Assembly: GCA_046757025.1 (NCBI GenBank)
Contig: JBHHXN010000040.1
Location: 1 to 35,607, forward strand
Length of the DNA: 35,607 nt
Reading direction: 5' to 3'
Source of the DNA: a bacterium
GTDB lineage: Bacteria; Zhuqueibacterota; Zhuqueibacteria; Oceanimicrobiales; Oceanimicrobiaceae
The notes beneath the pieces were generated by a model. The model made no database searches. It was given only the letters and a program-made list of their open reading frames with translations, and had not been told where the DNA came from. Made by a program: the position numbers and the translations under genes. Of the stretch, positions 9,084-18,274 are shown in pieces; position 1 is the first letter of the stretch; every line of letters begins with the position of its first letter.

Positions 9084-10079
9084 ATGATAATTTCTCAAAC
9101 GCCACTTCGCATTAGTTTTGCAGGTGGTGGAACCGATCTCTCAGTTTTTTACAAAGAAGAAGAAGGCTGGGTCATTAGCTCATCCATAGATAAGTATGTG
9201 TATGTCATCATCAAAGAACGCTTTGATGATAAAATTTATGTGAATTATTCAAAGAATCAGGAAATAGTCGATTCGGTTGATGAAATACAACATGATCTGG
9301 TTCGGGAAGCCATGCTGCGGGCGGGCATCGTCAACGGTGTGGAGATTTCCACTCTGGCAGATATTCCGTCGGAAGGTTCGGGTCTGGGTTCCTCGAGCAG
9401 CGTCACCGTTGGCTTGTTGAACGCGTGTTATACTTACATGGGCATTTCGAAACCCGCAGAGGATTTAGCCCGTGAAGCCTGCGAAATCGAGATCGACGTG
9501 GTGGGCAAGCCCATCGGCAAGCAGGACCAGTATATTGCGGCTTACGGCGGGATTCGTTTTTTTCGATTTAAGCCGGACGATACCGTTGAAGTGGAGAAGA
9601 TCAATCTGGAAAACGGTATCAAAAGAAAATTCGGTTCTAACCTTCTATTGTTTTTCACCGGCACCACGCGAGACGCCAACGCCATTTTGGAGAAACAAAA
9701 AGAGAGAAGTACCAACGGCGCTTTTACCGCGTTAAAAGAGATAAAAAGTCACGCGAAAATGACCCGTGAGCTACTGGAAAGCCGGCGTTTTGAGGATGTC
9801 GGCAATTTGCTACACCAAACCTGGCTCTCTAAGAAAACGCTCACCGACGGCATCAGCAATTTTACTATTGAAACAATGTACGAAAAAGCCAGAAAGGCGG
9901 GCGCCCTGGGCGGCAAAGTTTCGGGCGCTGGCGGCGGCGGCTTTTTGTTGCTCTACGTTCCCAGAGAAAAGCAGGATTCCGTTCGGGAAGCACTCAATCA
10001 GTATCGTGAATTTCCGTTCTTTTTAGAACAGTACGGCAGCAAAATCATATTTAATTATGGCGGCTATGAATGGAAATAA
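9084..10079 (+). CDS. hddA: GHMP kinase, D-glycero-D-manno-heptose-7-phosphate kinase-like
   Basis: PLRISFAGGGTD, GSGLGSSS, GKQDQY, GAGGGG; strong AGGAGG RBS; adjacent to gmhA. Confidence 0.8.
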   Translation: MIISQTPLRISFAGGGTDLSVFYKEEEGWVISSSIDKYVYVIIKERFDDKIYVNYSKNQEIVDSVDEIQHDLVREAMLRAGIVNGVEISTLADIPSEGSGLGSSSSVTVGLLNACYTYMGISKPAEDLAREACEIEIDVVGKPIGKQDQYIAAYGGIRFFRFKPDDTVEVEKINLENGIKRKFGSNLLLFFTGTTRDANAILEKQKERSTNGAFTALKEIKSHAKMTRELLESRRFEDVGNLLHQTWLSKKTLTDGISNFTIETMYEKARKAGALGGKVSGAGGGGFLLLYVPREKQDSVREALNQYREFPFFLEQYGSKIIFNYGGYEWK

Positions 10080-10310
10080 ACAGCTGAGGTTTCACTCATT
10101 TTAAAATTCTCAAATCCTTGTTTTCGCAAAACCCGATTTTACCAACGTAGCTTATTTGTGGATCGTTCCCATTATTCATTCGGTTGTAAAATAACATTTG
10201 CCCGCAACGATTCATTTCAACCCCAATAATCAAAATCCACAATTCATCTGGTAAGTAGCACTGACACGTCACACCTATGTTAAACTTTTACAAATCAGGA
10301 GAAATCCAAA

Positions 10311-10949
10311 ATGGAGCTTACCCAGAACTTAATTGCCAGAACCGCGCAAATTTGTCAGAATCTCAACATGAACGAATCAAACAACTTAGTGCTGATTCTG
10401 GAGCGTGCTTATTATACAGGAAATCAAATTTTTATTTTTGGAAACGGTGGCAGCGGAGCCACGGCTTCGCATTTCTGTGAGGACCTGGGCAAAGGCACAC
10501 TAAAGAGTCTCCACGATGAGACTCGCTTCAAAGTCATGAGCCTAACGGATAACGTTCCGTATATTCTGGCCTGGGCAAACGATGAAGGATACGACACCGT
10601 TTTTGAACAGCAGCTTCGTAATTTTGCGGAACCACACGATGTGGTCATCGGCATCAGCGGATCCGGCAACAGCCCGAATGTGCTCAAGGCCATCGATTAT
10701 GCCAACGCTCATAACATGATAACCGTCGGCATGACGGGGTTTAACGGCGGCGAGCTGAACAAACGGGTCATGCACCGGGTGCACGTACCGGTGAATGACA
10801 TGGGCATTGCCGAGTCCGTGCATCTGATCATCGTACACTACGTCGTTCAGGAGCTGGTTAGAAGGCTGCACACCAATGGCAAGTCGGCCATGAAGAAAGA
10901 AGAATTGGTGAAAAGCCAATCCCAGCCAGTGACGGTAGTCGAATTGTAA
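10311..10949 (+). CDS. gmhA: Sedoheptulose-7-phosphate isomerase (SIS domain)
   Basis: FGNGGSGATASH, AND.GY...FEQQL, ISGSGNSPNV, GMTG. Confidence 0.82.
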   Translation: MELTQNLIARTAQICQNLNMNESNNLVLILERAYYTGNQIFIFGNGGSGATASHFCEDLGKGTLKSLHDETRFKVMSLTDNVPYILAWANDEGYDTVFEQQLRNFAEPHDVVIGISGSGNSPNVLKAIDYANAHNMITVGMTGFNGGELNKRVMHRVHVPVNDMGIAESVHLIIVHYVVQELVRRLHTNGKSAMKKEELVKSQSQPVTVVEL

Positions 10950-10960
10950 TTTCTAAGAAA

Positions 10961-12538
10961 ATGAAAGTAAGATTAAAAGTATTGTTTTTGCTGCCTTTCC
11001 TGATCATTTTTGTGGAAACGGCACAGGCTGCTCAGGATGAAACGCTGCCAACCTACCACTGGGCGTACGAGTATCTGGATCAGCTCTGGCTGCGCGGCCA
11101 TTTTCAGGAGTTGTTTATCTTAAACCGTCCGTTCACTCGCGGCCAGATCGCTTCTGCGGTGGTTCTGCTCCGACAGGAAATGGCGGCGGGAAAGGTAGGT
11201 GAAAATGCCTACGAGCGCTGGCTTCTGCAAAAGCTGGAACAGGAATTTCGGACCGAAATAACCCAGCTCCGGCAAGACACTGCAAATGATTTGCTGATCG
11301 GAAGTTACATCAATCAGGGTGTGCACATTCGCAAAAGCAAATTCAACGATCAGACACAGCTCCGCAGCCGAATGAGTTTCAGTCCGTTGAAAAATCTCGC
11401 CATCATCAACACCATTTTGATCGACAATCGCCTGGATGAAAACCCATTTTACCAGGGCAAAAGGCGCTACAACATTGCCGGCTACACCGAGCAAGCCTAT
11501 CTGCGCTTTAGCTGGAAGCTGTTTCATGTCACCGTAGGTAGAGAATTTGTACGATGGGGCGCCGGCCACTCGGCAACCCTGCTGTTCTCCGATTCGGTGC
11601 GTCCGTTCGATTTGTTCAAGTTTAATCTTGGCCTTAAAAAGATCAAATTTACTTTCTTTACTGCCATGCTGGATGGCGTCACCGAGGACGTCATGATCAA
11701 CGATCTCCCACAGAGTGCGTTCGCCAACCGCTATCTGGCGGCGCATCGCCTTGATATAAAATTGACGAGCTGGTTTAATCTGAGTTTTACGGAGTCCATA
11801 CTTTACGGGGGCGTGGATCGCAATTTTGAATTTGCTTATTTGAATCCATTTTTATTTTATCACGGAAATCTGCTCAACGGTCCGGGACCGGGCAACACCA
11901 TTGGCGTGGTCGATTGGTACCTGACGCCGGTAAAAAACGCCGGATTTTATGGCTCCTTTATGATCGACGACATTCAATTAGACCACAAGCAAGTGGATGA
12001 CCTGGAACCCAACGAGCTGGGCTTGATAGTTGGAATAAAAGCCGCAGACTTGTTCTCTGTTGCTGGCAGCAACGTGCTGCTGGAATACACGCGCATCACC
12101 AACCGCACCTACAATTCCATGCACCGGCACGAGAAATATTTACACCGCAATTTTCCCATCGGCCACTATCTCGGCAATGATTTCGACCGCTGGCAGATTG
12201 AATGGCGGCAGTGGCTGAAAAAAAATCTCGAAGCAGCCGTCTCCATTGAGCAGATTCGCAAAGGAGAAGGCGACATGCGAAAGTCGTTCGACATGCCCTG
12301 GCGGAACTCCACTGTGGAGCAGGGGTATCGCGAACCGTTCCCCACCGGTGTCGTTGAACGCACACGGCTGGTTAATTTGCAGGTTTATTTTCATCCGCTT
12401 CGGCAACTGCGGTTTGCGGCCAGCACCCAGTACCAGAAAATAAGCAACTATTTGAATCAAACCGGTGTCAACCAGAGCGCCTGGACCTGGCAGCTCCGTG
12501 TTTGGTGGGCGCCTGAAATCAACATCGGCTTGCACTGA
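10961..12538 (+). CDS. Capsule assembly Wzi-family outer-membrane protein
   Basis: Signal peptide; RPFTRGQIA, GREFVRWGAG...LLFSD, AHRLD, FTESILYGG; beta-strand-rich C-terminus. Confidence 0.7.
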   Translation: MKVRLKVLFLLPFLIIFVETAQAAQDETLPTYHWAYEYLDQLWLRGHFQELFILNRPFTRGQIASAVVLLRQEMAAGKVGENAYERWLLQKLEQEFRTEITQLRQDTANDLLIGSYINQGVHIRKSKFNDQTQLRSRMSFSPLKNLAIINTILIDNRLDENPFYQGKRRYNIAGYTEQAYLRFSWKLFHVTVGREFVRWGAGHSATLLFSDSVRPFDLFKFNLGLKKIKFTFFTAMLDGVTEDVMINDLPQSAFANRYLAAHRLDIKLTSWFNLSFTESILYGGVDRNFEFAYLNPFLFYHGNLLNGPGPGNTIGVVDWYLTPVKNAGFYGSFMIDDIQLDHKQVDDLEPNELGLIVGIKAADLFSVAGSNVLLEYTRITNRTYNSMHRHEKYLHRNFPIGHYLGNDFDRWQIEWRQWLKKNLEAAVSIEQIRKGEGDMRKSFDMPWRNSTVEQGYREPFPTGVVERTRLVNLQVYFHPLRQLRFAASTQYQKISNYLNQTGVNQSAWTWQLRVWWAPEINIGLH

Positions 12539-12704
12539 TTCTTTTCTAAAATTACCTGCTTGCCCTGAAGCGTCCATTTGTGGTGGGTAGTCTCCCCGTT
12601 TTTCTTCCCTCATCCCCCCCCCAAAAAACTTTCCTGAATCGTTAATTCGTAATGGTTTCCCTGGTTTCACAAATTCCAGATGAAGAAGGTAAAATTCGTG
12701 TGCG

Positions 12705-12782
12705 GTCATTCCCGCAATCTTTTGAGCGGGAATCCATGCTGCCCGGCGCGACAAATGGATTTCTGCTACAAGCACGAATGAC
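12705..12782. repeat. REP-like palindrome (GTCATTCCCGC...GCGGGAATCCA...TGGATT...GAATGAC)
   Basis: Nested inverted repeats with GTCAT / ATGAC termini. Confidence 0.7.
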
Positions 12783-12927
12783 ATGGTGCTGAACTGTTAC
12801 GTTATTTCAAAGGCTGCGGTTTTTAAGTTGATTTTCGGTTTTTTTATTCTGGTTATTTCCCCATGGCCAGAATCTTAATTTTAGTGAAGAAACCGTGAGA
12901 TTACTCGGGCCGGGTGTTCACGCTTTA

Positions 12928-13106
12928 GAGGCTGTGTGAAAAATCGAAATGGTACCGAAAAACCCATTTCGCCGTTACTGTCATCCCGCAACCGCGGGCT
13001 CTTTTTAATAAACAGCACTTTACGTCCAAGCTAAAAAGATTCCTCCTGCTTGTCCCGCAAGGCGGGGAATGACAAAAGTCCGGAATCGGACTTTTCACAC
13101 AGGCTT
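12928..13106. mobile_element. MITE-like element, family B (179 bp) with TTTA target-site duplication
   Basis: TIRs GAGGCTGTGTGAAAA / TTTTCACACAGGCTT (13/15 match); TTTA at 12924-12927 and 13107-13110; contains a GTCATCCCGC...GGGAATGAC palindrome at 12980-13073. Confidence 0.78.
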
Positions 13107-13225
13107 TTTAGCGTGTTACTTTCTTCACCCCGGCTTGCTGAATTTCACCGATTTGCCATCGCGAATCTCCTGCGTTTTCATTACGACAATTCTCAAATTA
13201 TTGTAGGAATTACCACAAAAACTCC

Positions 13226-13253
13226 TTGACTTTTATCCTCAAAACATTAAATT
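13226..13253 (+). promoter_or_regulatory. Putative sigma70 promoter for the tRNA pair
   Basis: TTGACT-16 nt-TAAATT. Confidence 0.45.
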
Positions 13254-13299
13254 TGAGATGTCTTTTTTATAGATACTTCCGCACAGCGGAAATTGATTG

Positions 13300-13451
13300 G
13301 TGATTGAACGAAAACTATTAATAAAGTTGTCATTGCGAGTCCCGCGTTTTGTGCGGGACGAAGCAATCTCCTACCGAGCCTAATAGTGAGATTGCTTTCC
13401 CGAGAATCGGGACTCGCAATGACATGAATAATCGAGTTTTCGTTCAGACAC
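13300..13451. mobile_element. MITE-like element, family A copy 3 (inverted), carrying a GTCATTGCGAG...CTCGCAATGAC palindrome
   Basis: 13432-13453 is the exact reverse complement of 906-927; the other end GTGATTGAACGAAAAC is the reverse complement of 1023-1038; the interior is unrelated to copies 1 and 2. Confidence 0.78.
13329..13423. repeat. REP-like long palindrome
   Basis: Perfect 16-bp outer stem GTCATTGCGAGTCCCG / CGGGACTCGCAATGAC; 10-bp inner stem AAGCAATCTC / GAGATTGCTT. Confidence 0.85.
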
Positions 13452-13457
13452 TAATTA

Positions 13458-13530
<73 letters not shown>

Positions 13531-13602
13531 CGGAGGGTGGAGTTGTCGCGAAACCATTGTCGGGAATTTTTTTCCAAACCCAAATTGCATGATGTCCACA
13601 CT

Positions 13603-13675
13603 GCCACCGTAGCTCAAATGGTAGAGCAGCTGATTCGTAATCAGCAGGTTTCCGGTTCAAGTCCGGTCGGTGGCT
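13603..13675 (+). tRNA. tRNA-Thr(CGT), CCA not encoded
   Basis: Acceptor stem GCCACCG/CGGTGGC; anticodon loop TTCGTAA; T-loop TTCAAGT. Confidence 0.95.
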
Positions 13676-13726
13676 CAACCAAAAAACAGATCGCCATCCT
13701 ATTTAACCCAAAACCAAGAAAATAAA

Positions 13727-14656
13727 ATGTCGATGTACAAACGCTTGCCGTTCATATTGATTTTATCTTTGATTATTATTCTGCCTCTGCAATTAAAATC
13801 GCAGAGCGCCACCGGCTTTGAATTCTTACGAACGTCGGTTGGGGCGCGGCCCTCGGCCATGGCGGATGCCTTTATCGCCATCCCCGGCGACATTCACGAT
13901 ATCGTGTACAACCCCGCTGGTTTGGCCGCCCTTAGTGAGCGCCAGGGCACCGTCACCTATCTCAACCACCTTCTGGATTTTCAATCGGGCTTTTTTGCCT
14001 ATTCACAGCCATTCTCCAAAGGCAATTTAGCGCTGGGTTTGCATTTCATGGACTTCGGGCAATTTGAAGGCAAAGATGAAAACAATAACGATACTTCCGA
14101 TTTTAGCGCCAACAGTTTATCGTTTTCGGTGAGTTACGCTCGAAATGTTCTAAAAAATTTGTCGTTGGGAGGCAGCGCCAAATATATTCGTTTTCAAATC
14201 GATAATTTAACTGAAACCGCGGTGGCGGTTGATATTGGGGTCATTTACTCCTTACCAGATAAAAAGTTGAATTTTGGCGCCGGCGTGTTCAATTTGGGAA
14301 AAACAACCAGCGCTTTTCTGGTTACAAAAGACGACCTGCCGCTGAATATTCAAATAGGCGCTTCCAAAGAATTGGAACATCTACCGCTGATGGTCAGCGC
14401 CGCTCTGGTAAAATTTAAAGATGAAAGCATCGATTTCCGTATAGGGGGAGAATTTCTACTGTCGGAGAAATTGTTTTTACGACTTGGCTACAATTCTGTG
14501 GGGCAAGACCAGAAAGTGAAAACCGGCAAAGATGACTTGGCGGGATTTTCCGTAGGTCTGGGATTTAAATTAAACACTTTCAATATTGACTACTCATTTT
14601 CTTCTTTTGGCGAAGTCGGTTCTCTAAATCGTATTACTTTGATCGGACAATTTTGA
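13727..14656 (+). CDS. PorV/PorQ-family outer-membrane beta-barrel (T9SS-associated, FadL-like)
   Basis: Signal peptide; FL..SVGARPSAMADAF...YNPAGLA N-terminal motif; alternating beta-strands; terminal Phe. The ORF-track start at 13670 overlaps the tRNA, so ATG 13727 is preferred. Confidence 0.75.
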   Translation: MSMYKRLPFILILSLIIILPLQLKSQSATGFEFLRTSVGARPSAMADAFIAIPGDIHDIVYNPAGLAALSERQGTVTYLNHLLDFQSGFFAYSQPFSKGNLALGLHFMDFGQFEGKDENNNDTSDFSANSLSFSVSYARNVLKNLSLGGSAKYIRFQIDNLTETAVAVDIGVIYSLPDKKLNFGAGVFNLGKTTSAFLVTKDDLPLNIQIGASKELEHLPLMVSAALVKFKDESIDFRIGGEFLLSEKLFLRLGYNSVGQDQKVKTGKDDLAGFSVGLGFKLNTFNIDYSFSSFGEVGSLNRITLIGQF

Positions 14657-14675
14657 GCAGTGAGCACAAAGACTC

Positions 14676-14712
14676 AAAAAAAAATCAACACCCTGGGTGT
14701 TGATTTTTTTTT
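14676..14712. terminator. Bidirectional intrinsic terminator
   Basis: A9-TCAACACC-CTG-GGTGTTGA-T9 between convergent genes. Confidence 0.85.
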
Positions 14713-14761
14713 GGCCGGTTCTAAGAATCCGACGATTATTGGTAAGTAATGAGAGGAAATT

Positions 14762-15958
14762 TCAAGCCACGGCGCGATGGTACTCGTAATTTTGCGCCAG
14801 CAAATTTCGGTATTTATAAAAATGCTTTGCCTGATTTTGAATCATCTGTTCGGAGGTGATGTGGTCTTTTTCTAACGTTTGTTTAATGAACGAAACCACC
14901 CTGCCAAAATAAAGCGACTTCATGGCCTCGATGAGATGCGAGTTCAAATCGGTGGTGTCGTAGGTGTAAATCAGATTGTACACGATTTTTGTCCACAAGT
15001 CCACACCGATATTGATTTTTCTATCTGCGTACATTTTGGTTATTTTGTCAAAAATAGCCGGATTTAACGCCGCTTCCAGGATGTCGCGGTTGATCTTGAA
15101 TTCATAGAGCGCCGTTTCTTTCATGCCTTTATAATCGACGCCCAGACCCTGTGGCTTTTCCAATTCTTTTTCTCCAAACAAAGGATATTTTTTTAGTGTG
15201 ACCTGCCCCAGCCATTTATCTTTCTGAGCTAAAATGGTTTGGAACAGCGTATCCACCACCTGGGTGAACATGGGTCCCAACTTGGGTGCACTGGGTTTGT
15301 GCACTTTGGCGCCCAGAGCCACCTGACAACATTCAAATCCACCCAGTACCGCATTCAGGGTCATGAAAATGTCGATGCCGTACTGGCGGGTGGTTTTGGT
15401 CCATTTCTGCTGCAGGTAATATTGAGCCAGATTTTGAGAAAACGCAAAATCCCCGCCAATGGGCTGCCGAATATCTTTACCTAACAAGCCCATGATCACG
15501 GGATAGCAAATATTGTTGGTGATGGTACCGTCGTATTCGTTTCTTGAATACAGAGGCGTGACGTAATCGTAACCGTTCAAAATGGGGGAAGCCAATTCCT
15601 TGATCCATTCCGGGGTGATACTCTGGAGGTCGGCGTCCACCACCACTGCTGCTTTGGAATTGAGCTGGAGCATTTCCTGAAACAAGTTGTAAAAATTGTT
15701 GCCCTTGCCTTTCACGCCCTCGGGTGTGGAAATGTACATTTTCGGTACGCCATTTGGAGCATTTAAAAAGGCTGATTTTGTATCGTCGGGGGAGTTGTTG
15801 TCCACATTGATTATCACCGAAGTGAAATCGGGAAAGTAATTATGCAAACCTTCAATGATTTGTTTCACCACAAACGCGATGTTATCCGCTTCGTTGTAGG
15901 ATGGGATACCTACAACCAGATCTGCACGAGTCACATTATCAGGATTGAGCTTGATCAT
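14762..15958 (-). CDS. GT-A fold glycosyltransferase, glucosylglycerate/mannosylglycerate synthase-like
   Basis: VVGIPSYNEA, GKG, VDADL (DxD), IRQPIGGDFA, YGIDIFMT, LGPMF; GGAGG RBS before ATG 15958. Confidence 0.7.
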   Translation of the reverse strand: MIKLNPDNVTRADLVVGIPSYNEADNIAFVVKQIIEGLHNYFPDFTSVIINVDNNSPDDTKSAFLNAPNGVPKMYISTPEGVKGKGNNFYNLFQEMLQLNSKAAVVVDADLQSITPEWIKELASPILNGYDYVTPLYSRNEYDGTITNNICYPVIMGLLGKDIRQPIGGDFAFSQNLAQYYLQQKWTKTTRQYGIDIFMTLNAVLGGFECCQVALGAKVHKPSAPKLGPMFTQVVDTLFQTILAQKDKWLGQVTLKKYPLFGEKELEKPQGLGVDYKGMKETALYEFKINRDILEAALNPAIFDKITKMYADRKINIGVDLWTKIVYNLIYTYDTTDLNSHLIEAMKSLYFGRVVSFIKQTLEKDHITSEQMIQNQAKHFYKYRNLLAQNYEYHRAVA

Positions 15959-16316
15959 CCGAGCCTCCGAAAGAGAATATAAAGTACCAGAATCTAAGTT
16001 CATTTTAGTTTTTTGCAATAATTACAATTATTATGCCATTTATATTAATTTAATTCTAATATTTAAAGATGCTTCTAAATTACTGTTTACAATAGACGCT
16101 TGAATCTCTCATTTTATTTTATAAAAAATACCTTTGTCTTATCTTTCGTAACTGAAATTCACAATGTTTCAGGGCGAAACAGGCTTCTTTTTTTATCCCT
16201 TTGAAAATATTTACCATAGCTCTGTTTCAAGAATTCTCTTGAAATTATCGGCTAATTTGAATATTTTAATCATCGAATTTGAATTAAAAATTATTAATAT
16301 ACTGAACGGGGTTTAC

Positions 16317-16634
16317 ATGACCGAATTTATCGTGATTTTCGTGACTGCCAGCTCGCCGGAGGAAGCTCAAAAAATTGCGCACACGCTGGTCGAAGAAAAA
16401 TTGGCAGCCTGTGTAAACGTCCTGTCTCCGGTGCAGTCGATTTTTCGCTGGCAAAACCAGCTTTGTAATGAGCAGGAAACCCTTTTAATTCTCAAAACGG
16501 CTTCGTCAAAAGCCAATGCCGTCATCGAAAGAGTGCAGCATTTGCACAGTTACGATGTGCCGGAGGTAATCGCTTTACCGATTATCACGGGCTCGCGCGA
16601 GTATTTGAATTGGGTTCAATCCGAAATCGAATAA
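16317..16634 (+). CDS. cutA: Divalent-cation tolerance protein CutA
   Basis: LVEEKLAACVN, FRW, HSYDVPEVIAL, YLNWV; start at ATG 16317. Confidence 0.92.
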   Translation: MTEFIVIFVTASSPEEAQKIAHTLVEEKLAACVNVLSPVQSIFRWQNQLCNEQETLLILKTASSKANAVIERVQHLHSYDVPEVIALPIITGSREYLNWVQSEIE

Positions 16635-16678
16635 TTTGAGGACGCGGTGGCGGTTGCAGGAATAGAAAATGCAGGAAA

Positions 16679-17527
16679 ATGTATAATAGCCTGAAAGTGT
16701 CAAAAGCCGTCATTCCGGCGGCGGGTCTGGGTTTGCGGATGCAGCCCATGAGTCGCATCGTGCCCAAAGAGCTGCTGCCGGTGGGGCGACTTCCCATGCT
16801 GCATTATGCTTTGTCGGAAGCCGTGGCTGCGGGCGCTACGGAAATTTTCATCATCGTAGATGAAAATAAAAAGCCGTGGTTGGTGGATTTTTATGCAGGC
16901 GCCGAGTGGAAAAACCTTTTGCTCTATCAGTCAGAAAGTGAATACAACCGGCGATTGACAAATATCGAGATCACTTTTATCGAACAGAAACAAATGAAGG
17001 GAGTGTACCATGCGGTGACTTTGTCTAAGAAACATATCGGGAGTGAGCCATTTCTTTTGCTCATGCCCGATAATGTGTATTTTGGCGACAGCCCCATAAG
17101 CTCCGCGTTAATAAAATGTTTTACGGAATATAAAAAGAACGTAATTGGGTTGAAAGAAGTTAAAAAACAAGAAGCCGAATTGTTTGGAAACAGCGGCAGG
17201 ATCACGTATCGTTTGCTGGAAAACGGGGTGTATGAAATTTTGACTTTGCACGATAAATCCGCCGGTACGTTTCAAACGGGCAATGCTGAATGCGCCATCC
17301 GCGCATGCGGTCGCTGTGTGCTTGGCCCGGATTTTTTTGAGGAAGCCGAAAAAATCTCGAAAGAGCGGTTGCAAAAACACGATGAAGTGCCGATACTTCA
17401 GAATTTAGTTAGAAAGAAAAATATGCTGGGTGTGCTATTGAAAGGTCAACTTTTCGATTGTGGACATTGGAAAGGGTACTGGGCAGCTAACCAATTTTGG
17501 ATGCAAAAAAACACGACATGCAGTTGA
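16679..17527 (+). CDS. Sugar-phosphate nucleotidyltransferase, GalU-like (divergent)
   Basis: KAVIPAAGLGLRMQP...PKELLP; EPFLLLMPD; FDCG. Confidence 0.75.
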   Translation: MYNSLKVSKAVIPAAGLGLRMQPMSRIVPKELLPVGRLPMLHYALSEAVAAGATEIFIIVDENKKPWLVDFYAGAEWKNLLLYQSESEYNRRLTNIEITFIEQKQMKGVYHAVTLSKKHIGSEPFLLLMPDNVYFGDSPISSALIKCFTEYKKNVIGLKEVKKQEAELFGNSGRITYRLLENGVYEILTLHDKSAGTFQTGNAECAIRACGRCVLGPDFFEEAEKISKERLQKHDEVPILQNLVRKKNMLGVLLKGQLFDCGHWKGYWAANQFWMQKNTTCS

Positions 17528-18270
17528 TTATCATCGGAAGCGGGACCGGCGCGGTGCAGCCGCACAGAGGTCCGGCCGGCTATATTTTGAAACGTGACCA
17601 CCAGACTTTTTTACTGGATGGCGGCGCAGGAACCATCAAAAAGTGTCTGGAAGCCGGCATTTCGTATAAAGTTATCGATAAGATTTTCTACACGCACCTG
17701 CATCCCGACCACACGCTGGATTTGATCACGTTTTTATTCGCCACCAAGCACACACCAGGTTTCAAGCGCACCAAAAAGCTTGAAATTTACGGTCCTTCTG
17801 GCTTTCTTAAATTCTACAAGCAAGTAACCGCGCTGTTTGGCGCCGGCCTCACCGAGGCGACGTACCGAATTCAGATACAAGAGCTGGAAGAGGGGATGGT
17901 GCAAATAGATGGCTGGCAGGTGGAAGTCAAAAAGATGCAGCACACCGAAAATGCCATCGGCTATCGATTTGAAATGGATGGAAAGGTTTTGGTCTATTCG
18001 GGAGACACCGATTACGGCCGGGAAATCATCGAGCTGGCCGCCGCCGCCGACGTGCTGGTACTGGAATGCTCATTCCCCGATCAAATGAAGGTGGCCGGGC
18101 ATTTGACACCCACCGAGGCCGGCAAAATTGCCGCCGCGGCCAACGTCAAAAAATTGATTCTCACCCACCTTTACCCGCCTTGTGATGCAGAAGATATTTT
18201 AACGCCCTGTCAAAGACAATTTTCAGGCACCACCGTCATCGCCGAGGATTTGATGCGGGTGGATATCTAA
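17518..18270 (+). CDS. MBL-fold metallo-hydrolase (RNase Z/BN-like)
   Basis: IIGSG, THLHPDH, YSGDT, HLT, LILTH. Confidence 0.8.
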   Translation: MQLIIIGSGTGAVQPHRGPAGYILKRDHQTFLLDGGAGTIKKCLEAGISYKVIDKIFYTHLHPDHTLDLITFLFATKHTPGFKRTKKLEIYGPSGFLKFYKQVTALFGAGLTEATYRIQIQELEEGMVQIDGWQVEVKKMQHTENAIGYRFEMDGKVLVYSGDTDYGREIIELAAAADVLVLECSFPDQMKVAGHLTPTEAGKIAAAANVKKLILTHLYPPCDAEDILTPCQRQFSGTTVIAEDLMRVDI

Positions 18271-18274
18271 ATGA

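Noticed and set aside
11120..12784. Long antisense ORFs (208 and 214 aa) over wzi
   Set aside because: Shadow frames of a well-supported plus-strand gene.
12540..13457. Possible CRISPR array or integron attC cassettes
   Set aside because: No equal-length direct repeats with spacers, no cas or intI gene and no convincing attC R-box pattern; TIR/TSD structure fits MITEs better.
16245..16275. Minus-strand GCCGATAA sigma28 -10 box
   Set aside because: The upstream TAAA is 12 nt away rather than 15, so it is not supported as a promoter.
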